Source: Pyrolobus fumarii 1A (GTDB lineage: Archaea; Thermoproteota; Thermoprotei_A; Sulfolobales; Pyrodictiaceae). From it: a stretch of DNA of 32,000 bases. The notes beneath the pieces are model-generated. The model had not been told where the DNA came from. It was given only the letters and a program-made list of their open reading frames with translations, and ran no database searches. Shown here piece by piece: positions 1 to 8,823 of the stretch. The stretch lies in assembly GCF_000223395.1 (NCBI RefSeq), contig NC_015931.1, positions 690,001-722,000 of the forward strand, written 5' to 3'. Position numbers and translations under genes: made by a program. Every line of letters starts with the position of its first letter. Within the stretch, counting starts at the first letter, position 1.

Positions 1-75
1 TCCCACCGCGTTGCTATCAACGAGTTTCAGTTTGCACCCTACACCACAGTAAGGACAGACGATGCTAGCCTCCAA
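1..75 (-). CDS. Partial N-terminus of a Mo/W-bis-MGD (molybdopterin) oxidoreductase, formate-dehydrogenase-alpha-like; the gene continues left of the window
   Basis: The reverse complement of 1-75 reads (TTG)EASIVCPYCGVGCKLKLVDSNAVG and stays open to base 1. CPYCGVGC is the C-x2-C-x3-C start of the 4Fe-4S Mo/W-bis-MGD-type domain. It is missing from the ORF track because no stop lies in the window. The TTG start at 75-73 is a guess, and only 25 codons are visible. Confidence 0.4.
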   Translation of the reverse strand, partial: MEASIVCPYCGVGCKLKLVDSNAVG

Positions 76-214
76 ATCGCTAGCCCCGGCGGCCCTCCCC
101 GTGAACGGGTTATGAGGCTCGCCTTCACCCGTACCTGACTCGTGTGGCTCGTGTATAGGCGGGCCGCATAAACCGGGTTTACCCGGCCGCGTTAACAAAC
201 ACTGGGCGAAATAG

Positions 215-919
215 TTGCCCAAGGTTGATGCCGGCTGGCTCCTAGTGCCCATAGAGGAGTTGATGAGAAGCAGCATAGAGAGGCTCTCCTGGAGTGTCGA
301 GTGTAGGTGCATTCTCGTTGACGAGCCTTTCACAACAATAGTTGAGGAGTCTGGAGAGCGTATCCCCGTAGCCGTAGGCTCTGGTAGTATACTCTGCCCT
401 CCCGAGTGCAAACCGCCACTGAGGCACGTCGAGCTTGCCGTTCCAGCATGGGCTAGGGGCGTGGTGATAGAGGGGGACGAGTGCCCCGCAACCGGCGACG
501 TTAACGTTCTCGGCATGCTCTCGGACTTGACTGGTGTCACGCTGGTCGACGCGAGCGTGGATAGGGTGCTTGAGGAGGGTGGTGTGGCCGCGAAACCCTC
601 TAGCCTCGATCTAGAGCCTCTGGGAGAGTCATGCGGTGTAGCCGAGCCTATGCTGCCGACACACCCTCTAGCAGCTCCCCTGGCTGACAACCCACGCCTA
701 TGTGTAGACGAGGTGGTCGCGCCCGTAAGGGGCGGTAGGTGGTGGGGCGGCGCCCCGCTAGCTAGACTCGGCAGAGTGATCCTCGCCTATCGCTATGGCG
801 TTGTGAGGGGGTGGAGGCCCGAGGCCCTACTCTTAACCGCGAGACCCTCTCGGGATGCACGCAGACTTATTCTCAGCTATGCGCTTGGAGTGTTACATGC
901 TTGTGGACGACGGGAGTAG
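215..919 (+). CDS. Hypothetical protein (234 aa), no recognisable domain
   Basis: The plus frame shows genome-typical codon usage: G-rich first positions, and GAG, ATA and AGG/AGA codons. The competing open minus frame translates to Ser/Thr/Pro/Gly-rich junk. TTG start. I recognised no motif. Confidence 0.45.
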   Translation: MPKVDAGWLLVPIEELMRSSIERLSWSVECRCILVDEPFTTIVEESGERIPVAVGSGSILCPPECKPPLRHVELAVPAWARGVVIEGDECPATGDVNVLGMLSDLTGVTLVDASVDRVLEEGGVAAKPSSLDLEPLGESCGVAEPMLPTHPLAAPLADNPRLCVDEVVAPVRGGRWWGGAPLARLGRVILAYRYGVVRGWRPEALLLTARPSRDARRLILSYALGVLHACGRRE

Positions 920-984
920 CGGGGCTTGCTTAAAAGGGGCGTTAGTCTAGGCGCGTTGACGGGTGGCGCATAGTCTTGCAGACC

Positions 985-1368
985 ATGCGCGACAAGTACT
1001 GTGAGGAGACGAGGGGTAAGAAACTCGACCTTAACCTAGGCGAGGGCTACGAGGTTGAAGTTGAGTGCGACTGGTATAACAAGCTGATTCGTAGGAGGGA
1101 GCTAGACCTGCTCATAAAACACATTGGAAAGCCTACACCCTCGCGTCTCCAGCTGCGCCAGGCCGTAGCCAACGCCCTCAACGTTGACCTCAAGCGCGTG
1201 TACGTCAGGAGTATTCAGACCGAGTACGGTTGGGGCGTGACACACGCCGAGGTGCACATCTACGACGATCCGGAGAGGGCTAGGAGTTTCGAGCCGAAGC
1301 ACATCAGGATTAGGAACGCCACGCCAGAGGAGCTAGAGGAGATGCAGAAGAGGGGCGAGCTAGAGTAA
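985..1368 (+). CDS. rps24e: 30S ribosomal protein S24e
   Basis: YNKLIRRRELDLLIKHIGKPTPSRLQLRQAVA is the conserved S24e core. It is followed by S27ae, as in the conserved archaeal pair. ATG at 985; the track start at 976 is a TTG alternative. Confidence 0.9.
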   Translation: MRDKYCEETRGKKLDLNLGEGYEVEVECDWYNKLIRRRELDLLIKHIGKPTPSRLQLRQAVANALNVDLKRVYVRSIQTEYGWGVTHAEVHIYDDPERARSFEPKHIRIRNATPEELEEMQKRGELE

Positions 1369-1386
1369 GCGGTGGGGTGAGCAGTC

Positions 1387-1593
1387 GTGGCGGGGAAGGA
1401 GCTCAAGCTCTACATCCACAAGCTCTACGAGTACAGCTACGAGAAGTTCGAGAAGGGAGAGAGGCCCTTCATCAAACCAAAGAACAAGAAGTGCCCGCGT
1501 TGCGGCAGCTTCATGGCCTATCACAAGTGGCCTGTACCTAGATGGCACTGTGGCAAGTGCGGCCACACCGAGTTCATCAAGGAGAAGAAGTAA
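1387..1593 (+). CDS. rps27ae: 30S ribosomal protein S27ae
   Basis: 68 aa with a zinc ribbon (CPRCG...CGKCG), basic, 18 nt downstream of rps24e. GTG start. Confidence 0.9.
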   Translation: MAGKELKLYIHKLYEYSYEKFEKGERPFIKPKNKKCPRCGSFMAYHKWPVPRWHCGKCGHTEFIKEKK

Positions 1594-1605
1594 GACCCTC
1601 GCCCC

Positions 1606-2769
1606 ATGGGTGCTTTTATGCTAAAGCCTTGGGAGCTAATTGGGATCAAACCTAGTGTTTACATTTCCGGCCTTTGCTATTCCATCCTTCGCCTTGAGCC
1701 TTGGAGCACTTGCAGCGTAGGCTGCGTGTACTGCTATGCTACATGGTATCGCGGCCCCCATGGTAAACCCAAGCCGCAGCCAGCTATACTCAGACTATTC
1801 ACCAAAATTGCTAAGAGACTGTCAAGATCGAAGCTGCTGCTGCCCTTCTTCCGCCTAGCGACACTCACAGAACCCCTCCAGCAGCAGGAGAGCGACATGC
1901 TACTCTCTTACCGTATACTCTCAACAGCCCTGAGACACGATGTACCCATAATCCTCAACACGAAGTTACCATCAAGACTACTCCGCGACCCTTGGCTTAG
2001 CTTGATAGGCGAGATGGCAGACCGTAGCCTTATACTCGTCCAGGTTAGTGCCGCGCTACCCGACGAGCAGGCTAGGCTGCTTGAACCCAATGCCGAAGAC
2101 CCGAACCAAAGACTAGAGGCTATACGAGAGCTTACAAGACACGGTGTACCAACGGCTATACGTGTACAGCCATTGATACCAGGGCTGGAGAGGCACCATG
2201 AGCACATACTCGTCGAGGCTCTCTCCAGAGGCGCGCGTATGGCGATAGGCGAGTCTATTCGCCTATCACCCCGTGAGGCCGCGATACTCGAGAACCTCCT
2301 CGGGATAACCACTGAGGGCTGGGAGCCTTACGAGCTACACCATGTACCCGGTCGTACGGGGCTTCGGCATCCACCTCTAGGGTGGAGACAAGGTATCCAC
2401 ACACGACTCTCGGGTGTAGCCGACGGCCTCGGAGCAACATATAGTACATGCAAAGAGGGGTTCACCATGCACAGCATACCTGGAGACTGTTGCGACGCTA
2501 GCCTCGTGTTCCCTTGGGCTGCATTGCGCCCAACCTTGCACGAGGCTAGGCTCTTCCACCAAGAGCGAGGCCGCTGGCCTAGCATAGAAGAGCTGTGCGA
2601 ATACGCAAGGAGCCTCGACGAACGTTACGTATGCGGTAGCATACTTAACACGTATCCTCAGCCTGTGGCAAGAGCATTTCGCGTACACGAGAAGAGGCTC
2701 TCAAGGATACTTGCAGGGCTAGCACGCGGCGACAAGAGCTACTACAAACTACTTGCAGACACACACTAA
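1606..2769 (+). CDS. Radical SAM protein, SplB/DNA-repair-photolyase-like (COG1533-type)
   Basis: Cluster motif CSVGCVYCYATWY (C-x3-C-x2-C followed by YA), as in the SplB-like family. 387 aa. Starts 12 nt after rps27ae. Confidence 0.7.
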   Translation: MGAFMLKPWELIGIKPSVYISGLCYSILRLEPWSTCSVGCVYCYATWYRGPHGKPKPQPAILRLFTKIAKRLSRSKLLLPFFRLATLTEPLQQQESDMLLSYRILSTALRHDVPIILNTKLPSRLLRDPWLSLIGEMADRSLILVQVSAALPDEQARLLEPNAEDPNQRLEAIRELTRHGVPTAIRVQPLIPGLERHHEHILVEALSRGARMAIGESIRLSPREAAILENLLGITTEGWEPYELHHVPGRTGLRHPPLGWRQGIHTRLSGVADGLGATYSTCKEGFTMHSIPGDCCDASLVFPWAALRPTLHEARLFHQERGRWPSIEELCEYARSLDERYVCGSILNTYPQPVARAFRVHEKRLSRILAGLARGDKSYYKLLADTH

Positions 2770-2786
2770 CCGCCTCGGGAGTTATT

Positions 2787-4259
2787 CTACCTAGTGTACA
2801 GTCTCCAATTTACCGGGAACCGCCTGAGATAGTCGACGTCTCTCGCGTATAGGAGTCGTATATCGTTGATACCCAGTAGGGCCATTGCAAGCCTCTCAAC
2901 ACCCATTCCCCATGCCGCTACTGGCGCATCCACACCAAACGCCTCTAGTATCTCGGGGCGTATCATGCCAGAGCCCGCTACCTCTATCCATTGTCCACCT
3001 ATCCTGACATACACCTCAGCCGAGGGTTCTGTGAAGGGGAAGTATGCTGGCTTAAACTTCACATCACGTATCCCTATCCTCTCGAATATCTCCTTGAGCA
3101 GCCCGAGTAGCCCGCGGAAGCTCATCCCCTCCTCAACAGCTATGCCATCTAGCTGGTGGAACTCTGGAAGGTGACGAGCATCCACGACATCTGGGCGATA
3201 TACGCGACTCAACACAAAGGCACGGAATGGCGGCTTGGGGCGTAACGCCAAGAGTCTAGCCGATACCGCAGTCGTATGGCTGCGAAGCACAAGACGCGAA
3301 GCAATATCCCTACTCCACTTGTACCCCCATCCTTTCTCATGCATTCTACGCACCGCTTCTACGAGCTGCTCGTGCGGCAGGTCGCCAGCAGCCGGCTTCT
3401 CAACACGGAATGTATCGTGGATCTCGCGCGCCGGGTGGTCCTGCGCCTGATAGAGTGCATCGAAGTTCCAGAATTCTAGCTCTACTAGAGGCCCCTCGTA
3501 CTCGACGAAGCCCATCTCTCTCATAACATCCCTGAGCATCTCGAGGAACTCTACATAGAAGTGTAGACGGCCCGGGTAGCGGCGAGGAGGCTCGGCCTTC
3601 AAGTTGTAACGGCGTAGACGCACCTTCCTCCAAGCACCGCTCTCGATAAGCTCGCGTGTAAGGGCACCAACCTCCACCACAGCCTCGCGGAGAACCTCGT
3701 CGAGGGGCCTAGTAGGCTCTAGTATCGCGACTCTCTTCTTCTCACATACAATCTGTTTTCTCCTAGCCAACTCTTTCGCTACACTCTCCAAGCCTGGTGG
3801 TATCCTGCCGCTCCTAGCAACCTCCTCGAGCACCCTTCGCTCATCAACAGCCTCGCCTCTCGCCAGGAGCTTGACACGGCCAGCTTCGATACGCACCCAT
3901 CCTCTCCTAGCGGCATTACCTATCGCGGGGCCATAGAGCGAGCCTAGTTCACGCCTAACCTCTTCTATAGCCGCTTCTCCTCCTCTCTCCTCAAGGAGCT
4001 TTACGAGCCTCTCTTCGGGCAGTCCCTTATCGAGGCTCTCCCGACCCTCGTCTGTAAGCCTACACTCGAGGAACTCCTCCTCAACAAGCTTGAACACACC
4101 CTTCTCCACAAGGAGTCTAGAGAGGGCCTCGACGCGGCTCCTATCCATGCCTATTCGCTCGGCGAGCTCCGCTGTGGTCATCCTCCAGCCGCTCACGAGC
4201 CCTTTAGACACTAGAGTCTCGAGTAGCTCCCGCTCACCAGGCGATAATGTGACCGGCAA
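2787..4259 (-). CDS. pheS: Phenylalanine--tRNA ligase alpha subunit (archaeal type)
   Basis: Class II aaRS motifs FWNFDALYQAQDHPAR, FTEPSAEVYV and GMGVERLAM. 490 aa with the long archaeal N-terminal wHTH-repeat region. TTG start. Confidence 0.95.
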   Translation of the reverse strand: MPVTLSPGERELLETLVSKGLVSGWRMTTAELAERIGMDRSRVEALSRLLVEKGVFKLVEEEFLECRLTDEGRESLDKGLPEERLVKLLEERGGEAAIEEVRRELGSLYGPAIGNAARRGWVRIEAGRVKLLARGEAVDERRVLEEVARSGRIPPGLESVAKELARRKQIVCEKKRVAILEPTRPLDEVLREAVVEVGALTRELIESGAWRKVRLRRYNLKAEPPRRYPGRLHFYVEFLEMLRDVMREMGFVEYEGPLVELEFWNFDALYQAQDHPAREIHDTFRVEKPAAGDLPHEQLVEAVRRMHEKGWGYKWSRDIASRLVLRSHTTAVSARLLALRPKPPFRAFVLSRVYRPDVVDARHLPEFHQLDGIAVEEGMSFRGLLGLLKEIFERIGIRDVKFKPAYFPFTEPSAEVYVRIGGQWIEVAGSGMIRPEILEAFGVDAPVAAWGMGVERLAMALLGINDIRLLYARDVDYLRRFPVNWRLYTR

Positions 4260-4337
4260 TGATTACTCCCAACGTCAAGCCAAACGAACCCAGTATAAGG
4301 AAGCTTACTGGCCGCACCTGGATCCTAACGTGTTTCG

Positions 4338-5021
4338 TTATACAGCCTTGTTCTCTTCTGCTAGTTTCCGCGCCACCTCTATCGCACGATGTATCAACTG
4401 ATACGCTTGGGGTGCAACGTGCGACGGGAGTATTAGCAGTGTATCCGTGTAGCACGAGACGACTTGCGTTATGTTGACCCCGTTTACCGCTAGCAGGGTC
4501 GCTATGTAGGCTATGAACCCGGGTGTGGTGAGTATCTCGGGCGGGCTTACAAGCACTATAGCAGTTTGTCCACTCAGCTCCTCCAGTATCTCGCTTGCAG
4601 CACCGCGTATATCCCCAGCATGCTCCTCATCGACTATTATGGTGAAGGATGCCACACCTTGCAGCACATGGAAGAGTCTAGCCTCAACTAGCAACCGCGA
4701 GATTAGCGGCTCTATACGCGTAAACGCAGACTTTGGTATCGTGAACACCACTACGCCTTCGCGTAGCTCTGCCCTCGTTCCTGCAAGAACCCTAAGTAGC
4801 TGCTCACAAGTCAAGCCATAGCATATATCGCTGCTAGAGTTCCTCCAGCGTATCAATCTCATCTTTACCGCCGAGTCGCTCGGGACGCGGACGCCCATCC
4901 TACCAGCTATGCTGGCAACCAGCCTCGCAGCGGCCGAGTAGTTCACCACACCTTGCAACACGCACCGTGCCACACAGGGATCTATCACTTGCAGGAGCCC
5001 CTCGACACCATCGCTTGCCAC
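4338..5021 (-). CDS. ACT-domain protein, putative regulator of amino-acid metabolism (COG2150-like)
   Basis: The C-terminal segment GQTAIVLVSPPEILTTPGFIAYIATLLAVNGVNITQVVSCYTDTLLILP has the ACT/ACT_7 pattern seen in aspartokinase regulatory domains. GTG start. Divergent from argG. Confidence 0.6.
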   Translation of the reverse strand: MASDGVEGLLQVIDPCVARCVLQGVVNYSAAARLVASIAGRMGVRVPSDSAVKMRLIRWRNSSSDICYGLTCEQLLRVLAGTRAELREGVVVFTIPKSAFTRIEPLISRLLVEARLFHVLQGVASFTIIVDEEHAGDIRGAASEILEELSGQTAIVLVSPPEILTTPGFIAYIATLLAVNGVNITQVVSCYTDTLLILPSHVAPQAYQLIHRAIEVARKLAEENKAV

Positions 5022-5056
5022 GCAACTACACCGTTACATTTGGAACGAGAGACTGC

Positions 5057-5062
5057 TATATA
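5057..5062. promoter_or_regulatory. Palindromic TATATA box central to the 81-nt divergent ACT-gene/argG spacer
   Basis: TATATA at 5057-5062 lies about 41 nt from the argG GTG (5103) and about 36 nt from the ACT-gene GTG (5021). This fits a shared or back-to-back archaeal TATA promoter. Confidence 0.4.
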
Positions 5063-5102
5063 GCCTGCACTACGGCTAGTCGCAACTTCGGGGTTCCGCT
5101 CT

Positions 5103-6290
5103 GTGAGGGTCGTCGTCGCGTACTCTGGGGGTTTGGATACATCCGCGATAGTCGCAATGCTTGCACGAGAAGGGCACGAGGTGATAACGGTCACAGTCGA
5201 TGTTGGCCAAGAGGAGGAGTTGAAAGGAGTCGAAGAGAGGGCCTACAAGCTTGGAGCAACCAAGCACTATACTATAGACGCCAAGAGAGAGTTCGTCGAG
5301 AACTATGCATGGCCTGCGGTTAAGGCTAACGCGTTGTATGAGGGTAAGTACCCTCTGGGCACTGCACTTGCACGCCCCCTAATTGCCAAGATTGTCGCCG
5401 AGATAGCTAAGCGTGAAGGAGCGGACGCTGTTGCCCACGGGTGCACCTCCAAGGGTAATGACCAGGTGCGTTTCGATCTCAGCCTTCAGGCTTACGCACC
5501 AGACATCAAGATAATCGCACCGGTACGCGAGAAGAGCCTCACTAGAGAGAAGGCCCTCCAGTTGCTACGGGATGCGGGGGTCGAGCCCCCGAAGGCTCAC
5601 AAGAAGTACAGTATTGACGAGAACCTCTGGAGTAGGAGCATTGAAGGCAGCGAGCTTGACGACCCCCGCGTCGAGCCGCCGGAAGAGGCGTTCGCGTGGA
5701 CCGTCGATCCTAGGAAGGCGCCGAACGAGCCTCTCTACGTAGAGATCGAGTTCGAGAAGGGTATCCCGATTAGAGTGAACGGCGAGAAAATGGACCCTGT
5801 GAAACTAGTCCAGACGCTCAATGTAATGCTGGGCTCGCACGGCTATGGTAGGATAGACCATATTGAGAGCCGCGTGGTTGGCTTCAAGTCTAGGGAGGTT
5901 TACGAGGCACCCGCTGCACTAGCATTGATAGAGGCTCACCGCGACCTAGAGAAGCTTGTACTGACTCCGCGCGAGCTGCGCTTCAAGAGGCTCGCAGACG
6001 ATACTTGGACCGATCTCGTCTATCAGGGTCTCTGGATAGAGCCTCTACGTGAGGAGCTACAGAGGTTCATAGATGAGGTCAACCGCTGGGTGACGGGCTC
6101 TGTCAAGCTCAAGGTGTACAAGGGTAGCCTCTGGGTAGTTGGTAGGTGGAGCCCCTACGCGGCTTACAGCGAGGAGCTAGTCGATTACAACAAGGGATGG
6201 TACCCGAGCGACGAGGAAGCTCGCGGCTTCATACGCCTGTGGGGCCTCCACTCGCTCACCGCATGGCACGCGAGGAGGATGTCGCATTGA
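5103..6290 (+). CDS. argG: Argininosuccinate synthase
   Basis: AYSGGLDTS ATP-PPase motif, ARPLIAK...HGCTSKGNDQVRF, 395 aa. GTG start. Confidence 0.95.
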   Translation: MRVVVAYSGGLDTSAIVAMLAREGHEVITVTVDVGQEEELKGVEERAYKLGATKHYTIDAKREFVENYAWPAVKANALYEGKYPLGTALARPLIAKIVAEIAKREGADAVAHGCTSKGNDQVRFDLSLQAYAPDIKIIAPVREKSLTREKALQLLRDAGVEPPKAHKKYSIDENLWSRSIEGSELDDPRVEPPEEAFAWTVDPRKAPNEPLYVEIEFEKGIPIRVNGEKMDPVKLVQTLNVMLGSHGYGRIDHIESRVVGFKSREVYEAPAALALIEAHRDLEKLVLTPRELRFKRLADDTWTDLVYQGLWIEPLREELQRFIDEVNRWVTGSVKLKVYKGSLWVVGRWSPYAAYSEELVDYNKGWYPSDEEARGFIRLWGLHSLTAWHARRMSH

Positions 6291-7666
6291 GCGTGAGGAC
6301 TGTCTACCGGGAGGGTATGAAAGTATCAAAGCTTGTACAAGACTATATCAGCAGCACTCCACACGATCATATGATCGCACACGATGTCGTCAAGGTTGCT
6401 CTTATACACGTGGCGATACTAGCCGAGCACAACCTGCTGGACAAGAGCAACGCATGCAAACTCGCCAATGCACTCCAAGGCCTCTTGAAGAAGCCAGAGC
6501 AACTATTAGAGGCCATGAAGGGATACGAGGATATACACGAAGCTCTCGAGGCCGTATTGGAGGACAAGGCTGGTAGAGAGGCTGCTAGGAGCTTCCCGCT
6601 CGGCCGAAGCAGGAACGATCATGTTGCGGCAGCACTCCGCCTATGGACCGCGAGGATGCTCACACAGATACACTGTGAGGGTGTAGAGCTGGCAAAGACT
6701 ATATTGAAGAAGGCTGAAGAGTGGCTTGACACCCTCTTCCCGATTCACACTCATTTCCAGCCTGCCCAGGTGGGCACAGCTGGACACTGGATACACTCCT
6801 ACCTAGAGCCAATCCTAGACGCACTCAGCCTTATCGAGACCGTGTTTAACATCGCCTGGAAGTCCCCGCTAGGCTCGGGTCCAGGCGCTGGCACCACACT
6901 CCCTATTGACAGGCGCCGCTATCCTCAACCACCCGTACTTAACACGCTATACGCGACAGGCTCGAGACTCTTCGCGAACGCCGCTATAGCAGCCGTAGCC
7001 GTGCTTATGATCGAGCTTTCAAGACTAGCCGCTGACGTAGTGCTCCTAAGTCATCCGTCGATAAGGGTGCTCGTGCCTCCGGAGCACCACGTCTCAACTA
7101 GTAGCGCGATGCCACACAAGAGGAATCCCGTTAGTGCCGAGATAGCGCGGGCTAGAGCTGCTAGGGTCGCTGGTCTACTGGCCGCTGCTCTCGGTGTTAA
7201 TCACGGCCTGCCTCACGGGTATAACCTTGATCTTCAGGAGGAGAACCCGGTGTTGTACCAGGCTCTGACCGAGACTCTTGAGACCTTGAGGGTGTTCAGG
7301 GATCTCGTGGAGGGTTTGGAGGTTGATGGCAACGCTGTCAGGAGGATGATTGAGGGTGGCGCAGTCCTCACTAGCCTTGAGGAGGCTGAGAGGCTCGCAG
7401 TGAACAGTGGCACGCCGTTCCGCGACGCCTACATGATGGTTGCGGACATGGTGCGTCGCAGCGAGGGAAGCCTTAAACCCCTTGAGCCGCAAGAGCTGTA
7501 CAAGCTAAGGGTGTCGTTGGGAGCGGCTGGAGAAGGTTTACAAGAGGCGCTGAGAGAATCGCAAAACCTCCTTAACCAGAGAGCATCTGCATGCACCCGC
7601 CTTGTACGCCTCCTCGACGAGCTTGATGCATGGATAGAGTCTAGGGTGAAGGAGCTATGCCGGTAG
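6263..7666 (+). CDS. argH: Argininosuccinate lyase
   Basis: Fumarate-lyase signature STSSAMPHKRNP, plus GRSRNDHVAAALRLW. The track ORF starts at 6146 inside argG. The first plausible starts are ATG 6263, TTG 6287, GTG 6293 and ATG 6317. Confidence 0.9.
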   Translation: MAREEDVALSVRTVYREGMKVSKLVQDYISSTPHDHMIAHDVVKVALIHVAILAEHNLLDKSNACKLANALQGLLKKPEQLLEAMKGYEDIHEALEAVLEDKAGREAARSFPLGRSRNDHVAAALRLWTARMLTQIHCEGVELAKTILKKAEEWLDTLFPIHTHFQPAQVGTAGHWIHSYLEPILDALSLIETVFNIAWKSPLGSGPGAGTTLPIDRRRYPQPPVLNTLYATGSRLFANAAIAAVAVLMIELSRLAADVVLLSHPSIRVLVPPEHHVSTSSAMPHKRNPVSAEIARARAARVAGLLAAALGVNHGLPHGYNLDLQEENPVLYQALTETLETLRVFRDLVEGLEVDGNAVRRMIEGGAVLTSLEEAERLAVNSGTPFRDAYMMVADMVRRSEGSLKPLEPQELYKLRVSLGAAGEGLQEALRESQNLLNQRASACTRLVRLLDELDAWIESRVKELCR

Positions 7667-8820
7667 TGAAGCCGCCACGTTGCAAGCGGAGGCTTAGGGC
7701 TAGGCTACTTCTGGAAGACGGGACGCGCATCGAGGGCTGTGGGTTCGGCGCTACTGGTGTACGTGTGGGCGAGGTAGTGTTCACCACCAATATGGTTGGT
7801 TATCCAGAGGCTCTCACGGATCCAAGCTTCCGTGGCCAGATACTGGTCTATACGCATCCTATGGTGGGCAACTATGGCGTGCCAGACCCGAGGATAAAGG
7901 TGCATGGTATACCTGCGCACTACGAATCTGACCGTATACAGGTGGAGGGGTTCATCGTAACTGAGGAGACTGTGCCGCACCACTGGGCTTCTGTGAAGAC
8001 ACTACACGAGTGGCTCCGTGAGAGCAACGTACCGGGTATGAGCAGGGTCGACACCAGAGCTCTAGTCAAGAGGCTACGTGAGAAGGGTGTAATGATGGGC
8101 GTTCTAGCCGTATACGAGGAGGGAGAAGAGCCAGATTGGGAGGAGCTAAGAGAGGTGTTGGAGAAGAGCCCACGTTACGACGATATTAGGTATGCAGAGC
8201 TTGTGTCACCTACCGAGCCTATCACGCACAAACCCGAGGGTATAGAGGCGAAGTATCACGTCGCGATGCTTGACTGTGGAGTCAAATATGGCATACTGAG
8301 GAACCTGCTCTCGAGAGGCTTCCAGGTAACAAGATACCCGTGCAACACGCCACCAGAGAAGCTAGTTGATGGGTATGATGGCGTCGTGCTGAGCAATGGG
8401 CCAGGAAACCCCGCGTTACTAGAGAAGCAGATAGAGATAGTACGTGGCCTCCTTGAGTATCGCGTACCTATCCTTGCGATATGTCTGGGTAACCAGCTGT
8501 TGGCTCTAGCACATGGAGCCAAGATATTCAAGCTGAAGTATGGCCATCGCGGTCCTAACAAGCCCGTAGTTGACGTTACAACGGGCCATTGCTACATAAC
8601 AACGCAGAACCACGGCTACGCCATTGACGCCAAGAGCTTGGAGGGTACAGGCCTACACGTGTGGTTCATAAACCCGGATGACAAGACGGTCGAAGGCTTA
8701 CGCCACGAGAAGCTCCCAATCGTGTCAACCCAGTTCCACCCCGAGGCCAGCCCAGGCCCATGGGATACCACGTGGGTTTTCGAGCTATACTCGAAAGTTA
8801 TAGAGAACAGTAGGGGGTGA
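7657..8820 (+). CDS. carA: Carbamoyl-phosphate synthase small (glutaminase) subunit
   Basis: GEVVFTTNMVGYPEALTDPSFRGQILV, GATase catalytic ICLGNQLLALAHG and QFHPEASPGPWD. Overlaps the argH stop by 10 nt. Confidence 0.95.
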   Translation: MPVVKPPRCKRRLRARLLLEDGTRIEGCGFGATGVRVGEVVFTTNMVGYPEALTDPSFRGQILVYTHPMVGNYGVPDPRIKVHGIPAHYESDRIQVEGFIVTEETVPHHWASVKTLHEWLRESNVPGMSRVDTRALVKRLREKGVMMGVLAVYEEGEEPDWEELREVLEKSPRYDDIRYAELVSPTEPITHKPEGIEAKYHVAMLDCGVKYGILRNLLSRGFQVTRYPCNTPPEKLVDGYDGVVLSNGPGNPALLEKQIEIVRGLLEYRVPILAICLGNQLLALAHGAKIFKLKYGHRGPNKPVVDVTTGHCYITTQNHGYAIDAKSLEGTGLHVWFINPDDKTVEGLRHEKLPIVSTQFHPEASPGPWDTTWVFELYSKVIENSRG

Positions 8821-8823
8821 ATC

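Noticed and set aside
139-200. Imperfect hairpin around AAACC-G-GGTTT, flanked by GGCCG/CGGCC, in the first intergenic region
   Set aside because: The stems are short and imperfect. It lies in a divergent promoter region and there is no supporting context.
1908-2688. Antisense ORFs inside the SplB-like radical SAM gene (1908-2312, 2255-2449, 2328-2585, 2377-2688, all minus strand)
   Set aside because: These are shadow ORFs on the opposite strand of a well-supported gene. Their translations are Ser/Arg/Pro-rich and carry no motifs.
6146-6262. N-terminal 39 codons of the track ORF for argH
   Set aside because: This stretch lies wholly inside argG in another frame. The translation (MEPLRGLQRGASRLQQG...) is not ArgH-like.
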